Origin: Steroidobacteraceae bacterium
GTDB taxonomy: Bacteria; Pseudomonadota; Gammaproteobacteria; Steroidobacterales; Steroidobacteraceae
Direction of reading: 5' to 3'
DNA: 64,000 nt
Assembly (NCBI GenBank): GCA_036490715.1
Contig: DASXDL010000041.1
Span: 6,478-70,477, forward strand
The notes under the pieces were generated by a model. It saw only the letters and a list, made by a program, of their open reading frames with translations, had not been told where the DNA came from and searched no databases. Below are positions 1-13,530 of this stretch, in pieces. Both the position numbers and the translations under genes were made by a program. Position 1 is the stretch's first letter. Every line of letters starts with the position of its first letter.

Positions 1-59
1 TCCATGAACAGCTTGAGCTTGAGGCCGTTGGGCGTGGGCCAGAAATAAACGTCGATCAT
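1..59 (-). CDS. glutathione S-transferase family protein, N-terminal fragment (continues beyond window start)
   Basis: Reverse-strand ATG at 59..57 reads MIDVYFWPTPNGLKLKLFM-, a typical N-terminus of YfcG/GstB-like GSTs. Only 19 codons lie inside the window. Confidence 0.4.
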   Translation of the reverse strand, partial: MIDVYFWPTPNGLKLKLFM

Positions 60-152
60 GGGGCTCTCCGATGGCTTGCAGTCACTGCAGACTGCGGCCG
101 TGCGTCGGAAAGTCAACCGGGGCCGCGCTGGGCGGCGGGACCGTAGAGGCGT

Positions 153-176
153 GGGGCGGCGCCGTCGCGCCGCCCC
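153..176 (-). terminator. GC-rich stem-loop downstream of the 198..704 CDS (possible terminator, no U-tract)
   Basis: ggggcggcgc-cgtc-gcgccgcccc forms a perfect 10-bp stem with a 4-nt loop, 21 nt past the stop codon at 198..200. Confidence 0.35.
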
Positions 177-197
177 AGTGCACATCAACCTGAGCTG

Positions 198-704
198 TTA
201 CTGGCAGGCCTTGCCGTGATCGGGACGGTCACCCTGAGCCTTGGCCTGGGCCTCACTCATGTAGCTACCGTTCTTGGTCTTGCCGTACCAGCGGTCGGAC
301 GGGCAGTGATAGACCTTGGAGCTGGAATTCACCCACACCAGGCCGGGTCCGCCGCCCGGCGCGGCGTTGGCCGGCGGCGTGGAGCTGGACTTCGACGAGC
401 TCGACGGTGTGCTTGACGACGTCTTGGGAACGGCCGCCGGTGCAGGCGCCGGTGCCGGTGCGGGCGCCGCGGCCGGGGCGCTGGCGGCGGCTCCGCTGGC
501 ACCGCTGTCGTCAGCGGCGTACCAGGTCTTGATGCCTTTGTGTCCGTGACAGGCACCCTTCTTGGTCGCATTGGTCCAGTAGCTGCCGTCCTTGCACAGT
601 CCGGTGGCGCCGGCCGGTGCATCGGCCGGTGGGGCATCGGCGTAACTGGTGGCGATGAACAGCAGGCCCGCGAGCAGCGCGCCCGCCGGTAGTAGTCTCG
701 ACAT
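198..704 (-). CDS. secreted cysteine-motif protein (DUF3761-like module, Ala/Pro/Ser linker, C-terminal YHCP..YGKTK module)
   Basis: An internal ATG at 704 in tracked ORF 198..980 is preceded by GGGAGA. It gives the signal peptide MSRLLPAGALLAGLLFIATSYA. Motifs are CKDGSYWTNATKKGACHGHKGI and VYHCPSDRWYGKTKNGSYMSEAQAKAQG. Confidence 0.6.
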   Translation of the reverse strand: MSRLLPAGALLAGLLFIATSYADAPPADAPAGATGLCKDGSYWTNATKKGACHGHKGIKTWYAADDSGASGAAASAPAAAPAPAPAPAPAAVPKTSSSTPSSSSKSSSTPPANAAPGGGPGLVWVNSSSKVYHCPSDRWYGKTKNGSYMSEAQAKAQGDRPDHGKACQ

Positions 705-801
705 ACATGTCTCCCAGGTGCCGCCGGGCTGGCGGCGGGCGGCGATTATAGCGGCGATCAGGCGACAATCTGCGTTAGCAGACCGGTCAACCGTTTCCAA
801 T

Positions 802-2574
802 TCAGCCGAAGGTGAAGGCGTAGGCCGTGACGCCCGGGTCCAGGAAACCGATGCGAAAAACGTGGTCAGAGATGGGGCCGTCCTGGCGGATGAGCTGATA
901 CAGGCGCTGCTCATGCACCACGCCGTTGCCGTGAACATCGACGTCACTGCCGCGGTCGGCGCCAGGCTCCCTGCCATCAATCGTCACCTGAAAGCGCACC
1001 GCCGGCTGGCCCGGCCCTGGCGACAGCACCAGGTGCACATCACGGGCGTGAAAGCGAAACACGACGCTGCCGTCGGCTGCCTCAAGCCGGGCGCTCTCCG
1101 ATCCGACCCGCCATCGGCCCTGCAGCGACCACTGATTGCGTGCCAGTTGCGAAGGCGCCGGGTAGTCGCTGACCTCATCGTGTACCAGCGCATGCGATGA
1201 GCTGAATCGCTCGGCGCGCGCGTAGCCAAGATAGGTTTCGGGCGAGGCCAGATCGGCCGCATCGCTTTGCGCCATCGCGCCCGATGCCGCACGATCGGAG
1301 CTGATAGGCGGCAGCGCGCCGTGGCCGGCTTCCTGCAGCAGCGCGCGAATCTGCTGCTCGGTGTCGCGGTAGCCGCCTTCGCCGACATGCTGTTCGCGCA
1401 GCTTGCCGGTGGCGTCGATCAGGTAGTGCTCGGGCCAGAAACCATTGCCGAATGCCTTCCACACGGCATAGGCGCTGTCGATCGCGACCGGGTAGCGGAT
1501 GCCGAGCTCGGCCACCGCCCGGCGCACGTTGTCGGGATCCTTTTCGAACGCAAACTCCGGTGTATGCACGCCGACGATCACCAGCCCGTCATCGCGGTAG
1601 CGCTGATACCAGTTTTCGAGGTACGGCAGCGTGCGCAGGCAGTTGATGCACGAATAGGTCCAGAAATCGACCAGCACCACCTTGCCGCGCAGGGACTGGA
1701 CCGACAGCGGCCCGGAATTGATCCAGCTGGTGGCACCCTGCAGCGCGGCCAGCGCAGCTGCGACCGGCGGGCGGCGCGCCGGGTTCACGCCCGGGGCCGT
1801 CGGCAAGCTGCCCACCAGCCGCTGCTCGAACCGCTGCGTGCCGGCAGTGGACCAACGGGTGAGCACGCCGGTGTCCCAGCCCAGCGCAATGGCGCCGACC
1901 GCGATCAGGATCGCGACCCCGGCCACACGCCGCAGCGCGCTGGCGACCCCGAGCCAGCGGCGCATCGCGCCGTACACCCGGCGCCCGGCAAACACCGCCA
2001 AGCCGAGCGACAGCGCAGCGCCGGCGGCGTAGGCCAGCAGCAGCAAGCTGGTGCCGAGCGCTGGCCCGCTGATCGCCGCGCCGGTCAGAATCAGCCCGAG
2101 GATCGGGCCGGCGCACGGCGCCCACAGCAAGCCGGTGGCAACACCGATCAGCAGCGACTGCGAGGTCTCCGCCGCGGCATCGGCCTGCTGCCTCTCCAGC
2201 AGCCTGTTGCCCAGCGCCAGTGCCGGTCGGGCCAGCCAGTCCGCGACCCGGCTCGACAGCAGTGCCACGCCGAATGTCCCCAGCACCACCAAGGCCAGCA
2301 CACGCGCGTCCCGGTTCAGGCGCACCGCCCAGCCGCCGCCCACCGCCGCCAGCGTCGCCACCGCGGCGAAGGTCAGCGCCAGTCCGAGCAGCAGTGGCAG
2401 CGTGCTGCGCGCGAACGGCCGATCGGCGCGCGCGAACACGAACGGCAGCACCGGCAGCGTGCACGGGCTCAGCACGGTCAATGCGCCCCCGATGAATGCC
2501 AGGACTGCGATAATCACGGTGCTATCTCGGTAATGATTTCGGCCGTAGCGGCCGCGAGGTTTCGTTATATACAA
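802..2574 (-). CDS. DipZ-like cytochrome c biogenesis / thiol-disulfide protein (CcdA membrane domain + thioredoxin-like domain + C-terminal beta domain)
   Basis: The N-terminal multi-TM domain carries SPCTLPVLP. The redoxin domain has WTYSCINC (CxxC). Total length is about 570-590 aa. The start is TTG at 2574 or, more likely, GTG at 2517. Confidence 0.8.
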   Translation of the reverse strand: MYITKPRGRYGRNHYRDSTVIIAVLAFIGGALTVLSPCTLPVLPFVFARADRPFARSTLPLLLGLALTFAAVATLAAVGGGWAVRLNRDARVLALVVLGTFGVALLSSRVADWLARPALALGNRLLERQQADAAAETSQSLLIGVATGLLWAPCAGPILGLILTGAAISGPALGTSLLLLAYAAGAALSLGLAVFAGRRVYGAMRRWLGVASALRRVAGVAILIAVGAIALGWDTGVLTRWSTAGTQRFEQRLVGSLPTAPGVNPARRPPVAAALAALQGATSWINSGPLSVQSLRGKVVLVDFWTYSCINCLRTLPYLENWYQRYRDDGLVIVGVHTPEFAFEKDPDNVRRAVAELGIRYPVAIDSAYAVWKAFGNGFWPEHYLIDATGKLREQHVGEGGYRDTEQQIRALLQEAGHGALPPISSDRAASGAMAQSDAADLASPETYLGYARAERFSSSHALVHDEVSDYPAPSQLARNQWSLQGRWRVGSESARLEAADGSVVFRFHARDVHLVLSPGPGQPAVRFQVTIDGREPGADRGSDVDVHGNGVVHEQRLYQLIRQDGPISDHVFRIGFLDPGVTAYAFTFG

Positions 2575-2579
2575 CGAAA
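2560..2579. promoter_or_regulatory. inverted repeat TTTCGTT-N6-AACGAAA in the divergent spacer (operator-like)
   Basis: tttcgttatatacaacgaaa has 7-bp perfect arms around an AT-rich 6-nt centre. It lies between the dipZ-like gene and the GATase gene. Confidence 0.3.
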
Positions 2580-2606
2580 TATAGCGCGGTCGGGCGGCGA
2601 GGACCT

Positions 2607-6850
<4,244 letters not shown>

Positions 6851-6865
6851 CCGGACACGGCGGCC

Positions 6866-7963
6866 CTAAAGCCGCATCGGCATGACCACGTACTTGACCG
6901 ACGCGTCCCCTGGCTTTCGGATCAGGCAGCTGCTGTTGGCATCGGTCAGCCCGACCTCGACTGTGTCGGCATCGATCGCGGCCAGCGCATCGAGCAGATA
7001 GCTGACGTTGAACCCGATCTCGATCTCCTCGCCGGAGAAGCCGACCTCGAGCTGGTCCTCGGCTTCCTCCTGTTCGGGATTGTGCGCCTGGACGGTGAGC
7101 AGTCCGGACGCGAACGTCAGGCGTACCCCGCGGTATTTCTCGTTGGAGAGGATCGAGGTGCGCTGAAGCGTGGCTCGCATGGCATCGCGGGCCGCGGTCA
7201 TGATGCGCGGCGGCTGGGCAGGGATGACGCGACTATATTCCGGGAACTTGCCGTCAATAAGCTTAGAAGTGAATCGAACTTCGCCGATCTGGACTCGAAT
7301 GTGATTGGTTCCGATCCCGATCTCGATATCCCCCTCGCCATCCAGCAGCCGCTGCAGCTCCAGCACGCCTTTGCGCGGCAGGATGATCTGCTGCAGCTCG
7401 CGCACCTTGCCCTCGATCGGCACCTCACACCAGGACAGCCGATGACCGTCGGTCGCCACCGCGCGCAGCGATTTTCCATCGGTCTCCAGCAGCGTGCCGT
7501 TCAAGTAGTAGCGCACGTCCTGCTGCGCCATCGCGAAGTGCGTCTTATCGATCAGCCGCCGGCAATCGCTGGCTTTGATCTGCAGCGTGCTCTGCGCGTG
7601 AATGTCCTCGATCACCGGAAATTCGCTGGCTGGCAGACTCGAGAGTGAAAAGCGGCTGCGGCCGCCGCGCAGTACCACCTTTTCGTTCTCGCGCGACAGC
7701 GTCACGTTGGTTTTGTCGGGCAGCGTGCGCACGATGTCGAGCAACTTGCGGCCCGGCACGGTGATGTCACCGGGCTGTTGCACGCTGACTTCCGCGGCCG
7801 CCACCAGCTCGACTTCCAGATCGGTGCCACTGATGCGCAGTCGGTTATCGCGTGCCGCCAGCAACACGTTCGACAGGATCGGCATGGTCTGGCGTCGTTC
7901 GACCACACCAATGACGCTCTGGAGTGCCTCGAGCAGGTGTTCGCGCGTCGCGGAAACTTTCAT
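6866..7963 (-). CDS. dnaN: DNA polymerase III beta sliding clamp
   Basis: 365 aa running from MKVSATREHLLEALQ to VVMPMRL, directly downstream of dnaA. Confidence 0.97.
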   Translation of the reverse strand: MKVSATREHLLEALQSVIGVVERRQTMPILSNVLLAARDNRLRISGTDLEVELVAAAEVSVQQPGDITVPGRKLLDIVRTLPDKTNVTLSRENEKVVLRGGRSRFSLSSLPASEFPVIEDIHAQSTLQIKASDCRRLIDKTHFAMAQQDVRYYLNGTLLETDGKSLRAVATDGHRLSWCEVPIEGKVRELQQIILPRKGVLELQRLLDGEGDIEIGIGTNHIRVQIGEVRFTSKLIDGKFPEYSRVIPAQPPRIMTAARDAMRATLQRTSILSNEKYRGVRLTFASGLLTVQAHNPEQEEAEDQLEVGFSGEEIEIGFNVSYLLDALAAIDADTVEVGLTDANSSCLIRKPGDASVKYVVMPMRL

Positions 7964-7980
7964 GGCTGAGTGCGTCCTTT

Positions 7981-8160
7981 CAGATCTCTTAAATATTCTT
8001 TCTTGGATAAAAGACTAATGATGGATATTAAGCCGGTGAATAATGCGGGAAACAGCGTCAACCCGGCTATTCCGGCGCAATACGCAGCATTTGGCTCGCC
8101 TCGAATTGGGAATAACCGCCGCGCTGACCTGTGTGCGGCTTGTGAGTAACCTTATCCACA
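7981..8160. other. candidate chromosomal replication origin (oriC): AT-rich unwinding-element-like tract plus DnaA boxes
   Basis: 7981-8045 is the most AT-rich tract near dnaA (cagatctcttaaatattctttcttggataaaagactaatgatggatattaag...). A DnaA-box pair lies at 8141-8160. The region is the dnaA-dnaN spacer. Confidence 0.5.
8141..8160. promoter_or_regulatory. head-to-head DnaA-box pair
   Basis: The pair reads TGTGAGTAA-CC-TTATCCACA. 8152-8160 matches TTATCCACA 9/9. 8141-8149 matches the reverse consensus TGTGNATAA 8/9. Confidence 0.6.
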
Positions 8161-8183
8161 ATTCCATCAACAGGAAACTCACT

Positions 8184-9527
8184 TCATCCGGTCAGCGTTC
8201 TCAACAGGTTTGTGAAATCCTCTTGCATCCGCTGCTCAATGTCGCGCAGTTCCTTGATTCGCTTGCAGGCATGCATGACGGTGGTGTGATCGCGGCCGCC
8301 GAAGGCATCGCCGATCTCCGGCAGGCTTAGCGGCGTGAGCTCCTTCGACAGTGCCATCGCCACCTGCCGTGGCCGCGCCACCGAGCGGCTGCGACGTTTG
8401 GACAACAGATCCGCCACCCGCAGCTTGTAGTAGTCGGCCACGGTCTTCTGGATGTTCTCGACCGTGATCATGCGGGCCTGCATCGACAGCAGGTCCTTGA
8501 GCGCTTCCTTGGTGAATTCGAGCGTGATCGGCTGGCCGGTGAAGCGTGAGTTGGCGATCACCCGGCGCAGCGCACCTTCCAGTTCGCGCACGTTGGAGCG
8601 AATGCGCTTGGCGATGAAGAACGCCACCTCTTCGCTCAGTTCGACGCCGGCGGCCTGGGCCTTGCCGATCAGGATCGCCACGCTGGTCTCCAGCTCCGGC
8701 GGCTCGACCGCCACCGTCAGACCCCAGCCGAAGCGCGATTTCAGGCGCTCCTCCAGGCCGTCGACCTCGCGCGGGTAGCGATCGCAGGTCAGGATCACCT
8801 GGTGCTGGCCTTCCAGCAGCGCGTTGAAGGTGTGAAAAAACTCTTCCTGCGAGTGTTCCTTGCCGGCAAAGAACTGGATGTCATCGATCATCAGGACGTG
8901 CAGCGAGCGGTACGCCACCTTGAAGTCCTGAATACGGTTGTGCTGCAACGCCCGCACCATGTCGCCGACGAAGCGCTCGGAGTGTACGTAGGCCACCCGC
9001 GCGTCGCTGTCGCGCGCCGCGATCACGTGGCCGATGGCGTGCATCAGATGGGTCTTGCCCAGGCCGACGCCGCCGTAGATGAACAGCGGGTTATAGGCCT
9101 TGCCCGGATTGTCCGCGACCTGCAGCGCCGCCGCCTTGGCGAAGTGATTGCTCTTGCCCTCGACAAAGCTGTCGAAGGTGAACTCCGGGTTCAGCGGTAT
9201 GCCGACGCCCTGCGCACTGTTCTTCGGGCCACGGGCCCCGACAGCCGCGACCGGCGCAACCGTGCCGTTGCTGCTGTCGGGCCGTGAGCCGATCTCGACA
9301 CTGACGCTCGAGGCGGCCACACCGAAGCTGCGCAGCAGCTCGGTCAGGCGCGCGCTCAGGTGCGTGCGTACCCAGTCGACGGCAAAACGATTGGGCGCCA
9401 GCAGTCGCAGACCCGCATCGCCCTCGACCGCCTGCAGCGGCCGAACCCAGGTGTTCAACTGCTGCTCCGTCAGCTCGCTTTCGAGCGCGCGCAGGCAGCG
9501 TGACCAGAGCGACGCTTCCAACGACAT
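8184..9527 (-). CDS. dnaA: chromosomal replication initiator protein DnaA
   Basis: An in-frame ATG at 9527 inside tracked ORF 8184..11438 gives [31 protein letters not shown]. It has the AAA+ P-loop [10 protein letters not shown] and a C-terminal DNA-binding domain ([11 protein letters not shown]). Length is 447 aa. Confidence 0.95.
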   Translation of the reverse strand: MSLEASLWSRCLRALESELTEQQLNTWVRPLQAVEGDAGLRLLAPNRFAVDWVRTHLSARLTELLRSFGVAASSVSVEIGSRPDSSNGTVAPVAAVGARGPKNSAQGVGIPLNPEFTFDSFVEGKSNHFAKAAALQVADNPGKAYNPLFIYGGVGLGKTHLMHAIGHVIAARDSDARVAYVHSERFVGDMVRALQHNRIQDFKVAYRSLHVLMIDDIQFFAGKEHSQEEFFHTFNALLEGQHQVILTCDRYPREVDGLEERLKSRFGWGLTVAVEPPELETSVAILIGKAQAAGVELSEEVAFFIAKRIRSNVRELEGALRRVIANSRFTGQPITLEFTKEALKDLLSMQARMITVENIQKTVADYYKLRVADLLSKRRSRSVARPRQVAMALSKELTPLSLPEIGDAFGGRDHTTVMHACKRIKELRDIEQRMQEDFTNLLRTLTG

Positions 9528-9602
9528 GCTTCCCGGGAAAAAGGGGCGGAAGTCTATACCGAGGAAGACCCAAGTCGAAAGCGCCTCGCGGACGCCTTTG
9601 TA

Positions 9603-9631
9603 TTGACACGCATCGTGAGGCTTCGTACCCT
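9603..9631 (+). promoter_or_regulatory. possible sigma70-type promoter for rpmH-rnpA
   Basis: TTGACA at 9603-9608, a 17-nt spacer, then TACCCT at 9626-9631. This lies 40 nt upstream of the rpmH ATG. Confidence 0.3.
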
Positions 9632-9671
9632 GCCCGGCCGTTTTTCGGTCGGCTTTCAGGGCCTTGAAATC

Positions 9672-9806
9672 ATGAAACGCACGTATCAGCCGAGCAAGGT
9701 GCGGCGCGCTCGCACGCACGGTTTTCGAGCCCGCATGGCCACCAAGGCCGGCCGCCGGGTCTTGAGCCGACGACGCGCCAAGGGCCGCAAGCGCCTGACG
9801 CCGTGA
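9672..9806 (+). CDS. rpmH: 50S ribosomal protein L34
   Basis: [44 protein letters not shown], 44 aa. Confidence 0.97.
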   Translation: MKRTYQPSKVRRARTHGFRARMATKAGRRVLSRRRAKGRKRLTP

Positions 9807-9812
9807 GATGAC

Positions 9813-10226
9813 GTGGCCGCTGCGGTGATGACAGCCGCGCCCCCGCGATCCGCCGCAACTGCCGGCTTCGGGCTTTCTCGAACGCGCCGGCTGCGCCGGC
9901 CGATCGAGTTCCAGAGCGCGTACGCCACCGGTCGGCGGATGGGCAACGAGTTCTTCACCGTCAACGTCAAGCCCAACGAGCGCGACGGTGCGCGCCTTGG
10001 CATGTCGGTCGCGGCACGAATCCTGCGCCGCGCGGTCGATCGTAATCGACTGCGACGACTGATCCGCGAGAGCTTCCGCCACCATCAGAGCGCGCTGCCC
10101 CGCGTCGACATCGTGGTCGGGCTGCGTCCCGGGGTGAAGACGGCGGACAATCAGCGGCTGCGTGTGGCGTTGCAACAGCTGTGGCACAGGATTTCGGCAC
10201 CATGCACCAGTTCCTCTGCATCCTGA
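9813..10226 (+). CDS. rnpA: ribonuclease P protein component
   Basis: Basic protein with RLRRPIEFQ and [14 protein letters not shown]. It is immediately downstream of rpmH. The start (GTG 9813 or ATG 9828) is uncertain. Confidence 0.9.
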   Translation: MAAAVMTAAPPRSAATAGFGLSRTRRLRRPIEFQSAYATGRRMGNEFFTVNVKPNERDGARLGMSVAARILRRAVDRNRLRRLIRESFRHHQSALPRVDIVVGLRPGVKTADNQRLRVALQQLWHRISAPCTSSSAS

Positions 10227-10438
10227 TTCGTGGCTATCAGCTGACCATAAGTCCGCTGCTCGGGCCGCGCTGCCGCTTTTATCCGTCGTGCTCGCACTAC
10301 GCCATCGAGGCGTTGCAGCGCCACGGCAGCGTGCGCGGAAGCTGGCTGGCACTGCGCCGCGTGGCGCGCTGTCATCCGTTCGATGGCGGCGGCTACGACC
10401 CGGTGCCAGCTGAGCGCGCAGCACGCGCCGCGCCCTGA
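10202..10438 (+). CDS. yidD: membrane protein insertion efficiency factor YidD
   Basis: Contains [26 protein letters not shown]...[13 protein letters not shown]. It overlaps the rnpA 3' end, as is usual. An alternative GTG start lies at 10181. Confidence 0.9.
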   Translation: MHQFLCILIRGYQLTISPLLGPRCRFYPSCSHYAIEALQRHGSVRGSWLALRRVARCHPFDGGGYDPVPAERAARAAP

Positions 10439-10439
10439 C

Positions 10440-12155
10440 ATGCCAACCACCTTCAATCTGCGCTTTGCGCTGTGGGCGCTGCTGGCGCTGACGCTGTTCC
10501 TGAATTATCAGATGTGGTCGCAGGACTATCCGTCGACACCGCCGCCGGCCAGCGCTGCGGCGGCGCCGCCCAGCACGCCGCTCGACAGCAGCGTGCCGAG
10601 CGTGAAATCGCCGGGCGAGGCCGAGGCGCCGGCGCAGACACCGTCGGTACCGGCAGCCGCGCCGGGCAGCGTGGCCGGCAGCACTGATCAGGCGCGGCCA
10701 CTGGTGGCCGAGACTCCGCTGGCTGCCAGCGTGCATGTCATCACCGATGTGCTCAACGTCGAGGTCAGCCTGGCCGGCGGCGAGCTGCGGCGCGTGGATC
10801 TGCCGGCCTATCCGCAGCTCAAGAATCAGCCCGACGTGCCGGTGCGGCTGCTCAATCGCGACAGCGCCGATTCGCTGTTCGTGCTGCAAAGCGGTCTGGC
10901 CCCGCTGGATGATGAAAACGCGCCCACCCACCAGGCGCTCTATCACGCCGAGGCCAGCGAGCTGCACCTGGCCCCGGGTCAGAACGAGATCAAGCTGCCG
11001 CTGAGCTGGAGCGACGGCCACGGCATCACGGTCACCAAGACACTGACGTTCCGGCGCGGCAAATACCAGATCGGCCTGGACTACCAGATTCAGAACAGCA
11101 CCGCTGCGCCCTGGAGCTTTGCCGCCTACGCACAGATCCTGCGTTACAACGCGCCGGTGGAGCGCTCGTACTTTCATCCGGACAGCTATGCGTTCAAGGG
11201 GCCGTCGTACTTCGACGGTATCAAGTACCAGAAGCTCGATATGCAGAAGCACCCGAGCCTGGATCAGTTGATCAGCAACGGCTGGCTGGCCGCGCAGCAG
11301 CACGATTTCGTCGCCGCGATCGTGCCGCCGGCCGATGTCGCCTATCGCTACCAGCTGCAGACCCGCGGCAACGAGTTTCTGCTCAAGGCGCAGGGTCCGA
11401 CCCAGGTGGTGCCCCCGGGCGGCAGTGTCAGCACCCACGACACGCTATTCGTCGGTCCGAAGGTGCAGAGCGAGCTCGACGCCGCGCAGCCGCATCTGGA
11501 TCTGGTGGCTGACTACGGCTCGCTGCGCATCATCGCCACACCGCTGTTCTGGCTGCTCGATCACGTGCATTCGCTGGTGCGCAACTGGGGCTTCGCGATC
11601 ATCATCGTGACCATGCTGCTGAAGCTGCTGTTCTACCCGCTGGCCGAGGCCAGCGGCCGGTCGATGGCGAAGATGAAGGCGCTGTCGCCGCGTCTGACGC
11701 AGCTGCGCGAGACCTACAAGGATGATCGCGAAAAGCTCAATCGGGCGATGATGGAGCTGTACAAGCGCGAGTCGGTCAATCCGCTGGCCGGATGCCTGCC
11801 GATGCTGATTCAGATTCCGGTGTTCCTGGCGTTTTACTGGGTGCTGCGCGACAGCGTCGAACTGCGCCAGGCGCCGTTCATCCTCTGGATCGACGACCTG
11901 TCGGCCCGCGACCCGCTATACGTGCTGCCCGCCATCATGGCGGCGGCCATGTTCGTGCAGTACAAGATCAACCCGCAGGTCGGCGATCCGATGCAGCAGC
12001 GCGTGTTCATGCTGATGCCGCTGGCGATGTCGGTCACGTTTGCATTCTTCCCGGCCGGGCTGGTGCTCTACTGGGTCACCAATACCGTCCTGTCGATCCT
12101 GCAGCAGTGGAACATCAACCGGCGCATCGAGGCAGCCACCCGGGCGCGACGCTGA
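10440..12155 (+). CDS. yidC: membrane protein insertase YidC
   Basis: ATG at 10440, 2 nt after the yidD stop. It has an N-terminal TM segment ([18 protein letters not shown]), a large periplasmic domain and the C-terminal insertase core ([17 protein letters not shown]). Confidence 0.95.
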   Translation: MPTTFNLRFALWALLALTLFLNYQMWSQDYPSTPPPASAAAAPPSTPLDSSVPSVKSPGEAEAPAQTPSVPAAAPGSVAGSTDQARPLVAETPLAASVHVITDVLNVEVSLAGGELRRVDLPAYPQLKNQPDVPVRLLNRDSADSLFVLQSGLAPLDDENAPTHQALYHAEASELHLAPGQNEIKLPLSWSDGHGITVTKTLTFRRGKYQIGLDYQIQNSTAAPWSFAAYAQILRYNAPVERSYFHPDSYAFKGPSYFDGIKYQKLDMQKHPSLDQLISNGWLAAQQHDFVAAIVPPADVAYRYQLQTRGNEFLLKAQGPTQVVPPGGSVSTHDTLFVGPKVQSELDAAQPHLDLVADYGSLRIIATPLFWLLDHVHSLVRNWGFAIIIVTMLLKLLFYPLAEASGRSMAKMKALSPRLTQLRETYKDDREKLNRAMMELYKRESVNPLAGCLPMLIQIPVFLAFYWVLRDSVELRQAPFILWIDDLSARDPLYVLPAIMAAAMFVQYKINPQVGDPMQQRVFMLMPLAMSVTFAFFPAGLVLYWVTNTVLSILQQWNINRRIEAATRARR

Positions 12156-13519
12156 CCGACACCATCGTCGCGGCGGCGACGCCCGCGGGCCGCGGCGGCG
12201 TAGCGATGGTGCGGGTGTCGGGGCCGGGCACGCCGCAACTGGCGCGCGAGCTGCTCGGGCTGCTGCCCAGTGCGCGCCATGCTACGCGCGCGCAGTTTCG
12301 CGCCGCCGACGGCAGCGCGCTCGATCATGGTCTGGCGCTGTACTTTCCGGCGCCGCATTCCTACACCGGCGAAGCAGTGCTCGAGCTGCACGGCCACGGC
12401 GGTCCGGTGCTGGTCGAGGCCCTGATCCGGCGTGTGCTGCAGCTTGGGGCGCGGCGCGCAGGCCCCGGCGAATTCACCCAGCGCGCCTACCTCAACGGCA
12501 AGCTCGATCTGGCGCAGGCCGAAGCGGTCGCCGATCTGATCAATGCGGCCTCCGAGGCCGCCGCGCGCGCCGCGCTGCGCTCGCTCGAGGGCGAGTTCTC
12601 GCGCCGCGTGCGTGCACTCGCGCAGACGCTCGCCGAGCTGCGCGCGTTGGTCGAGGCCGGCATTGATTTCGCCGACGAGCAGATCGATGTGCTGTCCGAC
12701 CGTTCGCTGCAGGCGCGGCTCGAGGCCGCCACGACCGAGCTGACGGCGCTGCGCGATGCCGGCCGCCAGGGGCGACTGCTGGCCGAGGGCATGAGCGTCG
12801 TGATCGCCGGTCGCCCCAACGCCGGCAAGTCGAGCGTGCTCAACCGGCTCGCAGGCCATGATGCCGCGATCGTGACCGCGCTGCCGGGCACCACCCGCGA
12901 TCTGCTGCGCGAGCGCATTGTGCTGGACGGCATGCCGCTGCAGGTGCTCGACACCGCCGGACTGCGCCGCGCCACCGATGCGATCGAGGTCGAGGGCATC
13001 CGGCGCGCGCGCGCGGCGATAAGTTCGGCCGACCGCATCGTGTTCGTGATCGATGCCGCGGCCGATCCGCATGCCCGAGGCTATCTCGACGAGCGCGCGC
13101 AGCTGCCCAGCGGTGTGCCGGTCACGGTGCTGTTCAACAAGATCGATCTGCTGCCCACTGGCACGGTGCCATCAGTGGCGGCAGAGCAAGCGGCCGGCAG
13201 CATCGCGCCCACGGCCTTAAGCGTGTCGGCTCTGAGCGGTGCCGGCTTTGATGCGCTCGCGTCGCACCTCAAGGCCAGCATGGGATTCGAGCCCGACGGC
13301 GCCGGTGCGCTGTCAGCGCGCGCGCGCCACCTCGATGCGCTCACCGAAGTGCAGCTGCACCTGGGTTCGGCCGCCGATCAGCTGTCAGCCCGCAACGCCC
13401 CTGAGCTTGTGGCCGAGGAGCTCAAGCGCGCGCAGCAGGCGCTCGGAGAAATCGTCGGGCCGCAGACTTCGGAGCAGTTGCTGGCGCAGATCTTCTCGCG
13501 TTTCTGCATTGGGAAGTAG
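12107..13519 (+). CDS. mnmE: tRNA modification GTPase MnmE
   Basis: Contains DTIVAAATPAGRGGVAMVRVSG, the G domain GRPNAGKSSVLN / DTAG / NKID, and the C-terminal FCIGK. The start is ambiguous: GTG at 12107, or CTG at 12152 overlapping the yidC stop. Confidence 0.9.
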   Translation: MEHQPAHRGSHPGATLTDTIVAAATPAGRGGVAMVRVSGPGTPQLARELLGLLPSARHATRAQFRAADGSALDHGLALYFPAPHSYTGEAVLELHGHGGPVLVEALIRRVLQLGARRAGPGEFTQRAYLNGKLDLAQAEAVADLINAASEAAARAALRSLEGEFSRRVRALAQTLAELRALVEAGIDFADEQIDVLSDRSLQARLEAATTELTALRDAGRQGRLLAEGMSVVIAGRPNAGKSSVLNRLAGHDAAIVTALPGTTRDLLRERIVLDGMPLQVLDTAGLRRATDAIEVEGIRRARAAISSADRIVFVIDAAADPHARGYLDERAQLPSGVPVTVLFNKIDLLPTGTVPSVAAEQAAGSIAPTALSVSALSGAGFDALASHLKASMGFEPDGAGALSARARHLDALTEVQLHLGSAADQLSARNAPELVAEELKRAQQALGEIVGPQTSEQLLAQIFSRFCIGK

Positions 13520-13530
13520 AGCATCAGCGG

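Noticed and set aside
9528-9671. rpmH-dnaA spacer as oriC (the Pseudomonas-type location)
   Set aside because: It is only 144 bp and not AT-rich, and I could find no 9-mer within one mismatch of TTATCCACA. The dnaA-dnaN spacer is the better candidate.
8184-11438. 1084-aa minus-strand ORF, the longest in the window
   Set aside because: Only its C-terminal 447 codons (from the ATG at 9527) are DnaA. The upstream 637 codons are antisense to rpmH-rnpA-yidD-yidC and are Arg/Ala/Gly/His-rich with no recognisable domain. This is an open frame tolerated by high GC.
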